This document shows, piece after piece, positions 47,513 to 57,465 of a stretch of DNA of 64,000 nucleotides. The notes beneath the pieces are model-generated. The model did no database searches, was not told the origin of the DNA, and saw nothing but the letters and a program-made list of their open reading frames with translations. Position 1 is the stretch's first letter. Each line of letters opens with the position of its first letter. Both the position numbers and the translations under genes were made by a program. The stretch comes from Bacteroidales bacterium (GTDB lineage: Bacteria; Bacteroidota; Bacteroidia; Bacteroidales; F082), in NCBI GenBank assembly GCA_045615285.1, contig JAZLEO010000011.1:5235-69234 (forward strand), read 5' to 3'.

Positions 47513-48559
47513 ATGACAAAAAAAGTTATTTATCTATTCTTATTAGCCTTTGTTTATCAGTTTTTTATGATAGATAAAGCGTGTGCTCAAAATGAAGATG
47601 TTTTGAGAGTTGCTTTTTGGAATTTCGAGAATTTCTTTGATCCTTTTGTAGATTCTACCCGGACTTATAACGAATACACGGAAAATGGTTCGCAGCATTG
47701 GAACATGTCTCGTTTTTATAAAAAGAGAAACAATATGTACAAAGCTATTTTGGCTCTTTCGGAAGGCGAACCTCTTGCTGTTCTTGGAATTTGTGAAGTT
47801 GAAAATGCCTTTGTCACAACCTTGTTGTTTCAGGAAACGCCTTTGAAAAAACATAATTATCGTGTTATTCATTATGAAGGCGATGATAGGAGAGGAATTG
47901 ATGTTGCGATGGCTTATTCTATTGATAAACTGCAACTTATAAGTAGTGAAGTCGTTAAGATAAGAAATCCCGATAATAAGGATTTTAAGACGAGGGATAT
48001 TTTGTATGCGAAGTTTTATGATAAATCGGATGATACTCTGCATTGTTTTGTTAATCACTGGCCTTCTCGTTATGGCGGTGAAAAAGAGACAATTCATCTG
48101 AGAGAAATTGCGGCTCGGTCGCTGAAGTTAAAGGTGGATTCGTTGATAATGACGAATAAGGATATTCCTAAAATAGTCATTATGGGGGATTTAAACGATA
48201 CTCCATTGGATAACAGTGTGTTGAATGTCCTGAAAGCGAAGCCGCAGGAGATGTTTTCCAAGAGTGATACTTTGGTTAATCTCTTCGGAAACAGCGAGGG
48301 ACTGGGATTTGAAGGTACGTTGAAGCATCAATATCGATGGCAAATATTTGACCAGATAATAATAAGTAATACTCTATACAATGGAAAGAGGTCGTTGCAT
48401 TATGTGAAAAAATCGGCGAAGATATTTCACCCTGATTTTCTTTTCGTTGAAGATGGTACTTATGGCGGAAAGAAACTTTTCAGAACGTATATCGGACCTA
48501 AATATCAGGGCGGATATAGTGATCATCTGCCGGTTTTTATTGAACTTAAAAAACGCTGA
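47513..48559 (+). CDS. Endonuclease/exonuclease/phosphatase (EEP) family protein
   Basis: Signal peptide, then RVAFWNFENFFD, GICEVEN, VNHWPSR, IMGDLND and SDHLPV, the catalytic motifs of the EEP fold. Confidence 0.75.
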   Translation: MTKKVIYLFLLAFVYQFFMIDKACAQNEDVLRVAFWNFENFFDPFVDSTRTYNEYTENGSQHWNMSRFYKKRNNMYKAILALSEGEPLAVLGICEVENAFVTTLLFQETPLKKHNYRVIHYEGDDRRGIDVAMAYSIDKLQLISSEVVKIRNPDNKDFKTRDILYAKFYDKSDDTLHCFVNHWPSRYGGEKETIHLREIAARSLKLKVDSLIMTNKDIPKIVIMGDLNDTPLDNSVLNVLKAKPQEMFSKSDTLVNLFGNSEGLGFEGTLKHQYRWQIFDQIIISNTLYNGKRSLHYVKKSAKIFHPDFLFVEDGTYGGKKLFRTYIGPKYQGGYSDHLPVFIELKKR

Positions 48560-51377
48560 CGTTCCTCTTGCAGATTTCCTTGAAATCACAGTTCTTACAG
48601 TTGTTTTCATCTTCGGTTTGAGTGAATGGCTTGTCACGATCCAGAATTTCGCTAAAAATATTTATGAATCCTGATTCACAATTGGTTATCAGCTCATTGT
48701 CATTGAAATAATCGCTCTTGTTTGACAAAGAGAATATTCCTTTGTTGATTTTTCTTAAACCGAAAATGCCTGCTTCAATATTTTCACAGTCAATATTTGG
48801 ATTGTTCTTTTTGTATAGATATTTGTATATCAAAAGTTGCAGGGATTTGTCGCTTATTTTTTCAAGTTCTTTTGCACCTTTCTTGATAACGACATCGCTG
48901 TCCTTTATGGCTCCGGTTTTGTAATCAATGATTCTTACTTTATTGCCAATAAGATCGATTCTATCGGCATTTCCGATAAGATTGACGTTGATGTCATATT
49001 GCGGAATGTAAAAACTGTATGATAATTCTTGCTCCAAACCTAGTATTTTAAAGGTGTTGCCGTCGGATAAGAACTTTATTTCGCTGTTGATAAAGTTGTT
49101 TAACATGGTATCCACCATTTGTGAATTCAAGTAGTTGAAACCTGAATTTGGTAGGCCGTTGGGGAAATTGTTGTCAGCTAAAGCTTTTTTGTAAGATTCT
49201 TCATAAAATTTTTGGCGGATTTCATTATAAAGATTTATGTCAATGATTTTATCTTCAAAATGACGATATAGATTTTCTAATGTGGCATGTATTACACTTC
49301 CTAATACATTACTTTGTATCAGTTCGTTAGGTGTTTTGTCTTGTTTTTTTTCAATGTATTGTAAATAGAATTTTAAATGGCATGAATTATAACATGATAT
49401 TGATGTAGGTGATAAACCTGATTTCTTGCCGTCATTGATGCCTGAAAGTTTTTTGATTATTTTTTCATAAACAATATCATCTTTTTTTGATGCTTCTAAT
49501 TTTTTGATATTGTTTGTGTTGGTTGTCGGTGATTTGTAAGTTTTTTCCGTGATGGCTATATTGCGGTTTTTGTTGGGCATTTCGTGTATTATTTGTCTGA
49601 TGAACCTGCTTGGTTCGCCTTCGCCCATTCCATCGGCCAAAGTGTTATAATATATGTTGACATTTTCGGCGTTTTGTAACAATCTGTAGAAGTGATAGGC
49701 ATATACAGCTTGCTTGTTGCTGTAAATAGGAAGTTGGTAAAATTTTCGTAAGTCGAAAGGAATCAGACTGTTGGCGTTTTTTGATTGAGGTAAAATGCCT
49801 TCGTTTACACTTAAAATGTGGACTGTATTGAAATCTAGATTTCGGGTTTCTAACAATCCCATTATCTGCAAACCGTCTTTAGAACCTTTAAGGCTTATTG
49901 TCATTTCGGCAGATGATTGCTTGTAAAGCATCTCAATATCAGCTATTTGTATCAGCTGCTCGTACTTTGTCATAAGTTTATCTATCTTATTGACAATTTT
50001 TCCTGCGATACTTATTTGGTTGCGTATAAAATTGGTGTTATCAGAATCTTTGACTTTTTTGTAAATGTTTTTTAACAATTCTTTTACAGAATTGATGCAA
50101 TCGCTTGTATTGTTCCATTTGCTGGAAATCAGTGAAATGAAATCGTAAATGTTGTGATTCTGTTTTAGTTCTTCAAAGTCATTGGTATCTATGTAATATG
50201 TTGATTTTCTTATGTGTCTGTTCTGCCAATTGAATAATAGTTGCAAATCTTGACTTGAAAAAATGATTTTTATGAGTTCTGTGTTTAACAGTCTCGACAA
50301 AGACCAAAAATATATGCCTTTTTCATTTGGTTTGATGTTTTTTTGGAATATAAATAGGTGCTGCAAAAATTGATTGAGAATAGTCTTTGAATATGGGAAA
50401 CCCATCGTGACTTGTAAGTTGTTGAACTTGTTAGGTATAGAATTTAAAACTGGTATGAGTAGGGATTCGTCGGATAAAACTATTACTTCATTTTTTTCTG
50501 TCGTGTTTTCTTTGTTTAGTTCAAGTTGTAGAGCATTTGTTTGTATGGCAGCGCCCGAAGCTCCGATAATGTTAATTTTTTTTGATCCTTCCGAAAGTTT
50601 TTTGCCTAAAAAAGTTGGTTTTAATGCTTCGATGTGTTTGTTCCTTTCAAAAAAATCTCTTGCGAAAATACCGGCTTCTTGTTTTTCATCTTTGAAGTAA
50701 TATTCGTCCAAATCCCACAAAAGTGTTGCGTTTTTGCTTTTAACCAGTCGTATTATGATGTTTTCTTCTGTTTTGGTTAATGCGTTGAATCCGGCGAAAA
50801 TTATTTTTTTATCGCCGATTAATTCTTGCAGCTCGTTATCTGAGTATTCGTATATCTTTCTGGAAATCATTCCGTAATAACCGGAGCTGGCTTCTGATAA
50901 TGTATTTCTCAGAGTTTCGTAGTAGTATATTAGCGACGAGAAAAAGTCCAGATATTTTGACTCTAGGAGATTGCTTTCGTCAGGAGTCCATAGCTCTAAT
51001 TCTTTCGCTTCTTTTGTAAGTTGGAATAATTTTTTTGCGTCAACGGCATATTGGTCGATTTCGTCAAAATCTTTTAACATTTGAGATGCCAAGCCGTAAA
51101 GATCGTTGGATAATATATTCCCTGATTTGTTAATTATTCTAATAAGTTCAAATATAATGTCAATGTTATCAAGAAGTTGCAGCCCGCTCCACGAACTCAT
51201 GGCTTCTTGGATGGAAATGATTTGTGGAAGCCAGATGTTTTTTTCGTAGTCATTTGACATCAATTCTTGTCGGAGCATCATTGCGGCTCTTTTGTTTGGA
51301 AATATAATTGTTAACGATTCTTTAGATAAATCGTAATTTTTGTTGATATATTTTGCTATTTCTGAGATAAAAGCCAT
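48546..51377 (-). CDS. AddB-like PD-(D/E)xK nuclease superfamily protein with Fe-S cysteines
   Basis: 943 aa. C-terminal RecB-type nuclease motif GNADRIDL...VRIIDYKTG. Cys ligands SCYNSCHLKFY and CKNCDFKEIC fit the AddB-type C...CxxCx5C pattern. No AddA/UvrD-like partner is in the window. Confidence 0.7.
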   Translation of the reverse strand: MAFISEIAKYINKNYDLSKESLTIIFPNKRAAMMLRQELMSNDYEKNIWLPQIISIQEAMSSWSGLQLLDNIDIIFELIRIINKSGNILSNDLYGLASQMLKDFDEIDQYAVDAKKLFQLTKEAKELELWTPDESNLLESKYLDFFSSLIYYYETLRNTLSEASSGYYGMISRKIYEYSDNELQELIGDKKIIFAGFNALTKTEENIIIRLVKSKNATLLWDLDEYYFKDEKQEAGIFARDFFERNKHIEALKPTFLGKKLSEGSKKINIIGASGAAIQTNALQLELNKENTTEKNEVIVLSDESLLIPVLNSIPNKFNNLQVTMGFPYSKTILNQFLQHLFIFQKNIKPNEKGIYFWSLSRLLNTELIKIIFSSQDLQLLFNWQNRHIRKSTYYIDTNDFEELKQNHNIYDFISLISSKWNNTSDCINSVKELLKNIYKKVKDSDNTNFIRNQISIAGKIVNKIDKLMTKYEQLIQIADIEMLYKQSSAEMTISLKGSKDGLQIMGLLETRNLDFNTVHILSVNEGILPQSKNANSLIPFDLRKFYQLPIYSNKQAVYAYHFYRLLQNAENVNIYYNTLADGMGEGEPSRFIRQIIHEMPNKNRNIAITEKTYKSPTTNTNNIKKLEASKKDDIVYEKIIKKLSGINDGKKSGLSPTSISCYNSCHLKFYLQYIEKKQDKTPNELIQSNVLGSVIHATLENLYRHFEDKIIDINLYNEIRQKFYEESYKKALADNNFPNGLPNSGFNYLNSQMVDTMLNNFINSEIKFLSDGNTFKILGLEQELSYSFYIPQYDINVNLIGNADRIDLIGNKVRIIDYKTGAIKDSDVVIKKGAKELEKISDKSLQLLIYKYLYKKNNPNIDCENIEAGIFGLRKINKGIFSLSNKSDYFNDNELITNCESGFINIFSEILDRDKPFTQTEDENNCKNCDFKEICKRNVSVF

Positions 51378-52105
51378 TCTGAAGCCTCCTTTAATTGTGT
51401 CTGTGTTCCTAAATCAAACCAAAAATCAGGTTGTATGAACATGGATTTTACATTATAATTTTTAGCTATTTCCTTGTATAAATCAAAAACATAGCAAGTT
51501 TTCAATTCAAAATGTCTGAAATAATCTGGTTTTATCAGATGTAATCCACTAAACGACAGTAGTTTGAATTCTTCGTTAAATTCAGTGTCGCCGTCATAAC
51601 AATTTGTTTCTAGATTTAATCTTCCGACGAAATTATCCTGATTGTCAAACACTAATTTTCTTTTGTTGTTACGGTTTTGTGTCAGAAGCCAAGCTGCGTC
51701 ATCTGATTTGATGAAATTGTCGTAAACATGCTGAAAATCAATGTTTGAGATGATGTCAACATTATGTATTAAAACTGCTTCGCTGTTGTTGAAGTAGGGT
51801 AGCGCCTTTATAATCGCACCGCCTGTGTCAAGCAGAGATTCTCTTTCGTCGGAAATCTCTATAATAACGTCATTATATTGTTTGTTCTTAAAATAATTTA
51901 AGATTTGTTCTCCGAAATGATGGATATTTATTACGATATGATTGAAATTCTGAGAAATGAGATTCTCAATGACTATCTCCAACAAAGGCTGTCCGTTCAA
52001 TTCCACCAAAGCCTTTGGCTTGTCGGATGTCAGTTCTTTGAGTCTTGTGCCAAGTCCAGCTGCTAAAACAAAAGCGCTCCTTCTTTCATTTTGTCTCATA
52101 TACAT
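51356..52105 (-). CDS. Sugar-1-phosphate nucleotidyltransferase, MurU-like (MurNAc-1-P uridylyltransferase family)
   Basis: AFVLAAGLGTRLKELTSDKPKALVELNGQPLLE ... LLDTGGAIIKALPYF matches MurU/GlmU-N-type NTP-transferases. It overlaps both neighbouring genes. Confidence 0.7.
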   Translation of the reverse strand: MYMRQNERRSAFVLAAGLGTRLKELTSDKPKALVELNGQPLLEIVIENLISQNFNHIVINIHHFGEQILNYFKNKQYNDVIIEISDERESLLDTGGAIIKALPYFNNSEAVLIHNVDIISNIDFQHVYDNFIKSDDAAWLLTQNRNNKRKLVFDNQDNFVGRLNLETNCYDGDTEFNEEFKLLSFSGLHLIKPDYFRHFELKTCYVFDLYKEIAKNYNVKSMFIQPDFWFDLGTQTQLKEASEWLLSQK

Positions 52106-53546
52106 AATATTTATGTTGAACCAGATGATTTAGCACGACCTTGATTTGCGGATATTTTTCATGCAAGGCAAGAGCCGTTTTCTCCGCGAAAAATACAGAA
52201 CGATGCTGCCCGCCTGTACATCCGAAATTGACGAATAGGTTCTTGAAATTTCTTTCTAGATAATTGTCAATAGATTGAAAAACAATAGATTGTGTTAGAT
52301 GCAGAAACTGATGTACTTCTTGTTTGTCGTTTAAGAATTCCTGAACTTCAATGTCTTCTCCAGTCAGTGACTTATATGATTCGTAACGTCCCGGATTCGG
52401 CAAGGCGCGGCAGTCAAAAACAAATCCTCCGCCGTTACCGCTTCTGTCGTCTGGGACGCCGCCGTTTTTATAGGAAAAACTGTTTATGACGACTGTTAGC
52501 TTCTCATTTTCAATATGTTGGTATTTGGAAAATAATTTTTCTAATTGGCTTAATACGTTATATAATTCGTTTGTTTTAAAAGGAAAGTCGAGCTTGTTTC
52601 GCAAATTGATGAGTTCGTTTAATGCGTAAGGTATGCTTTCTATGAAATGCTGTTTTTTTTGAATCAGGCCTCTAAATCCGTATGCGCCAAGAACTTGCAG
52701 TAAACGTAACAGAATGAAAGCGTTGTAATATTTGTCGAATTGAATTTCTTCCAAATTCAGCTGCTTGCTTAATTCTGATTTGTAGTGCGAAAGTAAAACG
52801 CTTCTCGTTTCCTCATCAAGTTGAGCCTTGACTTGATACAACAACGATACGATGTCATATTGAAGAGGGCCTTTTCTTCCGCCTTGATAATCAATGAAAA
52901 ATGTATGGCCGTCCTTAATCATAATGTTTCTTGACTGAAAATCACGGTACATGAAAAAGTCGGATGGAGCTTCCATGACGAAATCGGCTATTTTTTGAAA
53001 ATCCAGATTCAATCTGCTTTCGTTAAAATCTATTTCATCATTGACTTTCAAGAAATAATATTTGAAATAATTCAAGTCGTCGATGACTGAATTTCTGTCG
53101 AAGCAAGGAGAAGGAAATGCGACGGAATAATCCAGATTTTTATTTCCTTTAATCTGAAAATCAACAAGTCGGCTGATGGCTTCTTTGTATAAATTTAATG
53201 TGTCTTCGTCGTAATGCTTGTTTTTTACACAATTCGTGACATAATGGAACAGTGAAAAATCGCCGAGGTCAGATTGTATGTAACAGTCTTTATCATCGCT
53301 TACGGAAAGTATCTGAGGCACCGGAAGTCCAACGTTTTCAAAGTGTTTGGTGAAAGTTAGAAACGCGTTGTTTTCTTCGATGTTAGAATTGTAAGTGGCG
53401 ATATGAATGTTTTTGTCGGTGAAAACTCTGTAATAAACTCTCGACGAACCCGAAGCCGGCAGCTGTTGGATATTGATGACATCTTCCGATAAATCGTTAT
53501 TTATCAAATTGATGATGCTTTCCTTTATTTCCTGTTTGTTTTTCAT
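52086..53546 (-). CDS. APH-fold (AmgK-like) sugar kinase fused to a RapZ C-terminal-like domain
   Basis: The N-terminal 330 aa show LPASGSSRVYYRV and DFQSRNIMI...FIDYQG (APH/choline-kinase-type catalytic loop). The C-terminal 145 aa show SFSYKNGGVP...FVFDCRALPNP...LTGED...GCTGGQHRSV, collinear with E. coli RapZ SFGFKHG.P...VFDVRFLPNP...GCTGGKHRSV. Confidence 0.75.
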   Translation of the reverse strand: MKNKQEIKESIINLINNDLSEDVINIQQLPASGSSRVYYRVFTDKNIHIATYNSNIEENNAFLTFTKHFENVGLPVPQILSVSDDKDCYIQSDLGDFSLFHYVTNCVKNKHYDEDTLNLYKEAISRLVDFQIKGNKNLDYSVAFPSPCFDRNSVIDDLNYFKYYFLKVNDEIDFNESRLNLDFQKIADFVMEAPSDFFMYRDFQSRNIMIKDGHTFFIDYQGGRKGPLQYDIVSLLYQVKAQLDEETRSVLLSHYKSELSKQLNLEEIQFDKYYNAFILLRLLQVLGAYGFRGLIQKKQHFIESIPYALNELINLRNKLDFPFKTNELYNVLSQLEKLFSKYQHIENEKLTVVINSFSYKNGGVPDDRSGNGGGFVFDCRALPNPGRYESYKSLTGEDIEVQEFLNDKQEVHQFLHLTQSIVFQSIDNYLERNFKNLFVNFGCTGGQHRSVFFAEKTALALHEKYPQIKVVLNHLVQHKYYVYETK

Positions 53547-53653
53547 TGAAAAAATATTGACGGACTACAAATTTACAATTTTTTGTTTTAGGAAACACTT
53601 TGGTTTTAAGAAAATAATAACGGTTTTTTTTTCTCTTTGCGTTAAATTATTTT

Positions 53654-53661
53654 TATCTTTG
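53654..53661 (+). promoter_or_regulatory. -7 promoter box (TATCTTTG) for the DUF349 gene
   Basis: TAnnTTTG match. It implies a leader of about 95 nt containing two hairpins. Confidence 0.4.
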
Positions 53662-53761
53662 CAGAAAATTAAGTGTAATGTGAGATTTAGGATTCTAAAC
53701 CTCATTAGTATCAACCCCAATCGAAGTCTCGTAAGAGACAGAGAATTAAAATTATTAAAAT

Positions 53762-55684
53762 ATGAACGCTAACGAACGTAATGAAATTGTGAAGCTTATC
53801 GAGCCTAACATTTTGCCTAATGCTGTCCAGATAGAAGTTAAAGTGACAGATGATGAACAAGTTGTAAAAGAGACTTTGCCAAAAGAAGAAATCGTTGAAG
53901 ACTTGACTGAAGAATTGGTGAATCTTGACATGACTGAAGATGATGATGAAAATGAAGAAATTGAGACCGAATACGATTTTTCAAATTGCAATAAGTTGCA
54001 GTTGATAGAAATTTTGGAAGAGGCAGTACAGGATACGGACGTTGTTAAGATAAAAGATAAGGTTGTCGCTATCAAGTTCAACTTCTTGAAAATATGTAAG
54101 GAAGAGAGAGACAAGGAGATGGAACAGTTTATCCTTGACGGCGGCGATAAAGAAAATTACGAACATGTTGAAGATCCGCTGGAAATTCGTTTCAAGGCTG
54201 CCTTCAATATTTTCAGAGACAATAAACTTAGATTTAATGAAGCTCTTGAAGAACAAAAAAACGTTAATCTTCAGTTGAAAAACGCTATCCTTGAAGAACT
54301 TAAACAGCTTATCAATTCTGAAGAAACATTAAAGAAAACATACGATGAATTCCGCGCTCTTCAAGACAGATGGAAAGAAATAGGCCAGGTTCCTGCAACA
54401 GAAATAACTAATCTTTGGAACAACTATCATTTCCTCGTAGAGAAATTCTATGATAAAGTCAAGATTAACCGTGAGTTACGTGACTTGGATCTCAAGAAAA
54501 ACTTAGAAGCCAAGATTGAGTTATGTGAAAAGACAGAAGAATTACTCCTTGAAAAATCTGTCATAAAAGCGTTTAAACTTCTGCAAAAATACCACGACGA
54601 ATGGAAAGAAATTGGCCCGGTTCCACAAGAAAAGAAAGATGAAATCTGGGAACGCTTCAAAAATACAACAGATAAGATCAATCAGATCCGTCGTGAACAT
54701 TACTCTAAAATCCAAGACGAACAACAGGCTAACTACGATGCCAAAGTGGCTATCTGTGAAAAAATCGAAGAACTTTTGAACGACAATATCAATAGCATCG
54801 GCGCTTGGCAGAAAAAGTCTAACGATGTTAACGAACTCTTCAAAGTTTGGAAAACCGTAGGTCCTGCTCAGAAAAAACTTAATGACGAGATTTGGAGCCG
54901 TTTCAAAGGATCTATGGATACATTCTTTAATAATAAGAAGGAATTTTTCAGCAGACTTAAAGAACAGCAAATAGAAAATTATAATAGAAAGATTCAGCTT
55001 TGTGTTGAAGCAGAGACACTTGTTGACAGTAAAGAGTGGAAGAAATCTACAGACCGAATCAAGAAACTCCAAGAAGAATGGAAGAATATCGGTCCTGTTC
55101 CAAAACGCCATTCTGATAAGATCTGGAAACGTTTCCGTTCTGCATGTGACGCTTTCTTCACAAATAAATCAGAACATTTCAGCGGCATAAAAGGTGTTGA
55201 AGAAGAAAATCTGAGACTTAAAAGAGAACTTCTTGAACGTATTAAGGCATACGAAATCAAGAAAGAGCGCTCTGAAAACATGGAAGCTATCAAGGCTTTC
55301 CAGAGAGAATGGATGGCCATCGGCTATGTACCTATGAAATATAAAGACGCTACTCAGGACGAATACCGTAAGTCTATCGACGCATTGTTCGATAAGATGA
55401 AAGTCAATGAAAATGAGATTTCTACATCAGAATATCGCAATATGGTTGAAGGCATGAAAGATGATCCTGAAGCACGTGATAAAGTCAGAAGAGAACGTAA
55501 TGTCTTGACAAACAAGATTAACAAGTTGCGTGAAGAAATCAGCGTCCTTGAAAATAACATCGGATTCTTCTCAAACAGCAAGCAATCGGAAATAATGAGA
55601 GCTGAATATGAAAAGAAGATCAACAGAGCTAAGAACGATGTTAAGGTCTTGGAAGCAAAATTGAAAATCCTCAACGAGCAGTAA
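53762..55684 (+). CDS. DUF349 repeat protein
   Basis: 640 aa. Five or more repeats of the ..W(K/M)xIGPVPxxxxDxIWxRF... module (RWKEIGQVP, EWKEIGPVPQEKKDEIWERFK, VWKTVGPAQKKLNDEIWSRFK, EWKNIGPVPKRHSDKIWKRFR, EWMAIGYVP). Confidence 0.8.
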   Translation: MNANERNEIVKLIEPNILPNAVQIEVKVTDDEQVVKETLPKEEIVEDLTEELVNLDMTEDDDENEEIETEYDFSNCNKLQLIEILEEAVQDTDVVKIKDKVVAIKFNFLKICKEERDKEMEQFILDGGDKENYEHVEDPLEIRFKAAFNIFRDNKLRFNEALEEQKNVNLQLKNAILEELKQLINSEETLKKTYDEFRALQDRWKEIGQVPATEITNLWNNYHFLVEKFYDKVKINRELRDLDLKKNLEAKIELCEKTEELLLEKSVIKAFKLLQKYHDEWKEIGPVPQEKKDEIWERFKNTTDKINQIRREHYSKIQDEQQANYDAKVAICEKIEELLNDNINSIGAWQKKSNDVNELFKVWKTVGPAQKKLNDEIWSRFKGSMDTFFNNKKEFFSRLKEQQIENYNRKIQLCVEAETLVDSKEWKKSTDRIKKLQEEWKNIGPVPKRHSDKIWKRFRSACDAFFTNKSEHFSGIKGVEEENLRLKRELLERIKAYEIKKERSENMEAIKAFQREWMAIGYVPMKYKDATQDEYRKSIDALFDKMKVNENEISTSEYRNMVEGMKDDPEARDKVRRERNVLTNKINKLREEISVLENNIGFFSNSKQSEIMRAEYEKKINRAKNDVKVLEAKLKILNEQ

Positions 55685-55696
55685 TAATTATTTGAG

Positions 55697-55727
55697 AAGC
55701 TGCACAATTTAATGTGCAGCTTTTTTT
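55697..55727 (+). terminator. Intrinsic terminator after the DUF349 gene
   Basis: 10-bp stem AAGCTGCACA (55697-55706) pairs with TGTGCAGCTT (55713-55722); the T-run 55721-55727 begins inside the 3' arm. Confidence 0.8.
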
Positions 55728-55735
55728 GTTTTGAT

Positions 55736-56737
55736 ATGGGAGCGAATACTTTTGGAATGAATTTTTGTCTCACGACATTCGGCGAATCGCACGGAGAGGC
55801 TGTCGGAGGTGTGATAGATGGCTGTCCTTCAGGATTGCAAATAGATTTTAACATGATAGAGGAGGAGCTGAAAAGAAGAAAGACGGCTTCTAATTCTACG
55901 AGTTCTCAAAGAAAAGAATCTGACAAGGTGATTTTCCTTTCCGGTATTTTTGAAGGCAAGACATTGGGTACGCCCATAGCTTTTATTATAAAGAATGAAG
56001 ATGTTAAATCTTCTGATTACGAAAATGTTAGGAATATATTCCGCCCTTCTCATGCCGATTTTACGTATCAGCAGAAATATGGAATCCGCGATTATAGAGG
56101 CGGTGGCAGAAGCTCGGCGAGATCGCTGCTGCCATGCGTGGTGGCAGGCGCCATCGCCAAACAGATTCTGCAACGACATAATATCTCGATAAAATCATTC
56201 GTGACACAAATCGGAGAACATAAAGGCGAGCGCTTTTCCAATGAGGAAATGCAAGAAATCCTGCAAAAAATAAAAGAGAAAAATGATACCGTAGGTGCAG
56301 CCGTAAGGGTGGAAGTGGAAAATCTGCCGGCTGGTATCGGCGACCCTTATTTCAGAAAGCTACAAGCCATGTTGGCGCAGGCGATGTTCAGTATCAATGC
56401 GGTGAAAGGCTTTGAATATGGTGAAGGATTCAGTTCTGCCTCGATGCTAGGATCTCAGTGTAATGACGCTTTCGTCAATGAAAACGGAAAAATAAGAACA
56501 CTCACAAATCATTCCGGAGGAATCCAGGGCGGTATCTCTAATGGAGAAAAAGTTTATTTCAACGTCGCATTTAAACCTATTCCTACTATCATGCAGGAGC
56601 AGCGGACTGTCGATATTGACGGTAATCCCGTGATTTATAATATAGAAGGACGACATGATGTTTGCGTCGTTCCTCGAGTGCTGCCTGTCGTTGAGGCCAT
56701 GACGGCAATGACGATTTTGGATTTTATTGTCCGCTAA
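55736..56737 (+). CDS. aroC: Chorismate synthase
   Basis: MGANTFGMNFCLTTFGESHG..., GRSSARS, and the usual C-terminal RHDVCVVPR. The start at 55736 is chosen because the ORF-track start (55712) lies inside the upstream terminator hairpin. Confidence 0.9.
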   Translation: MGANTFGMNFCLTTFGESHGEAVGGVIDGCPSGLQIDFNMIEEELKRRKTASNSTSSQRKESDKVIFLSGIFEGKTLGTPIAFIIKNEDVKSSDYENVRNIFRPSHADFTYQQKYGIRDYRGGGRSSARSLLPCVVAGAIAKQILQRHNISIKSFVTQIGEHKGERFSNEEMQEILQKIKEKNDTVGAAVRVEVENLPAGIGDPYFRKLQAMLAQAMFSINAVKGFEYGEGFSSASMLGSQCNDAFVNENGKIRTLTNHSGGIQGGISNGEKVYFNVAFKPIPTIMQEQRTVDIDGNPVIYNIEGRHDVCVVPRVLPVVEAMTAMTILDFIVR

Positions 56738-56889
56738 ATTTCATGAAATAACGCTAAGCTTTTTTGTGATTTTTCGTGGCGTTTAGATTATGACTGCTAT
56801 TCGTGTAAAAAGTAAAAGAGCCGAGATGAATTCCCGGCTCTTTGTGTTTATAGTTAGTTGATATAGTCTGAGTTAGTGTTGATGGTTGA

Positions 56890-57465
56890 TCAATAGTTGT
56901 CTCTCTTTGGTTCAAAGTATGCTTGTTCGTGAGCGCAGGCAGGGCACATTTTAGGAGCTGATTTTCCTTTGTGGACGTAACCGCAGTTACGGCATTGCCA
57001 TTCGATTTCTTCGTCGCGTTCAAATACTTGTCCGGCTTCTACGCGAGAGAGCAATTTGCGGTAACGTTGTTCGTGGAAAGCTTCTACTTCAGAAATTTTT
57101 CTCCAGACAGCTGCTATTGTATTGAAGCCTTCTTCTTCTGCGATGCGTGCGAATTCAGGATAAAGATCGACCCATTCTTCGTTTTCGCCTTCAGCGGCTG
57201 CGCGTAAGTTTTCCATTGTTGTGCCGATGACGCCGGCTGGGAAAGTAGCTGTGATTTCAACCATGCCGCCTTCAAGGAATTTGAAGAAACGTTCTGCGTG
57301 TTCTTTTTCTTGTTCCGCTGTTTCTTCGAAGACTGCTGCTATTTGTTCGTAACCTTCTTTGCGTGCTTTTGATGCGAAGAATTTATAACGTGAACGAGCT
57401 TGTGATTCGCCTGCAAATGATTTCAAAAGATTTTTTTCTGTTTGTGTGCCTTTTACGCTTTTCAT
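56890..57465 (-). CDS. Rubrerythrin
   Basis: 191 aa. Ferritin-like diiron motifs (EGESQARSRY, EKEHAE, EAFHEQRY) and a C-terminal rubredoxin CRNCG...CPAC. Confidence 0.95.
   Translation of the reverse strand: MKSVKGTQTEKNLLKSFAGESQARSRYKFFASKARKEGYEQIAAVFEETAEQEKEHAERFFKFLEGGMVEITATFPAGVIGTTMENLRAAAEGENEEWVDLYPEFARIAEEEGFNTIAAVWRKISEVEAFHEQRYRKLLSRVEAGQVFERDEEIEWQCRNCGYVHKGKSAPKMCPACAHEQAYFEPKRDNY

Noticed and set aside
55712-55735. Longer N-terminal extensions offered by the ORF track (aroC 55712, dnaE 24059 TTG, lipoprotein 7024, wHTH 35531, MFP 23620, DUF799-like 34086, receptor 2837, higB 62443)
   Set aside because: Each extension overlaps a terminator hairpin or a TAnnTTTG promoter box, or precedes an obvious signal peptide or conserved N-terminal motif. 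The internal ATG starts were used instead.
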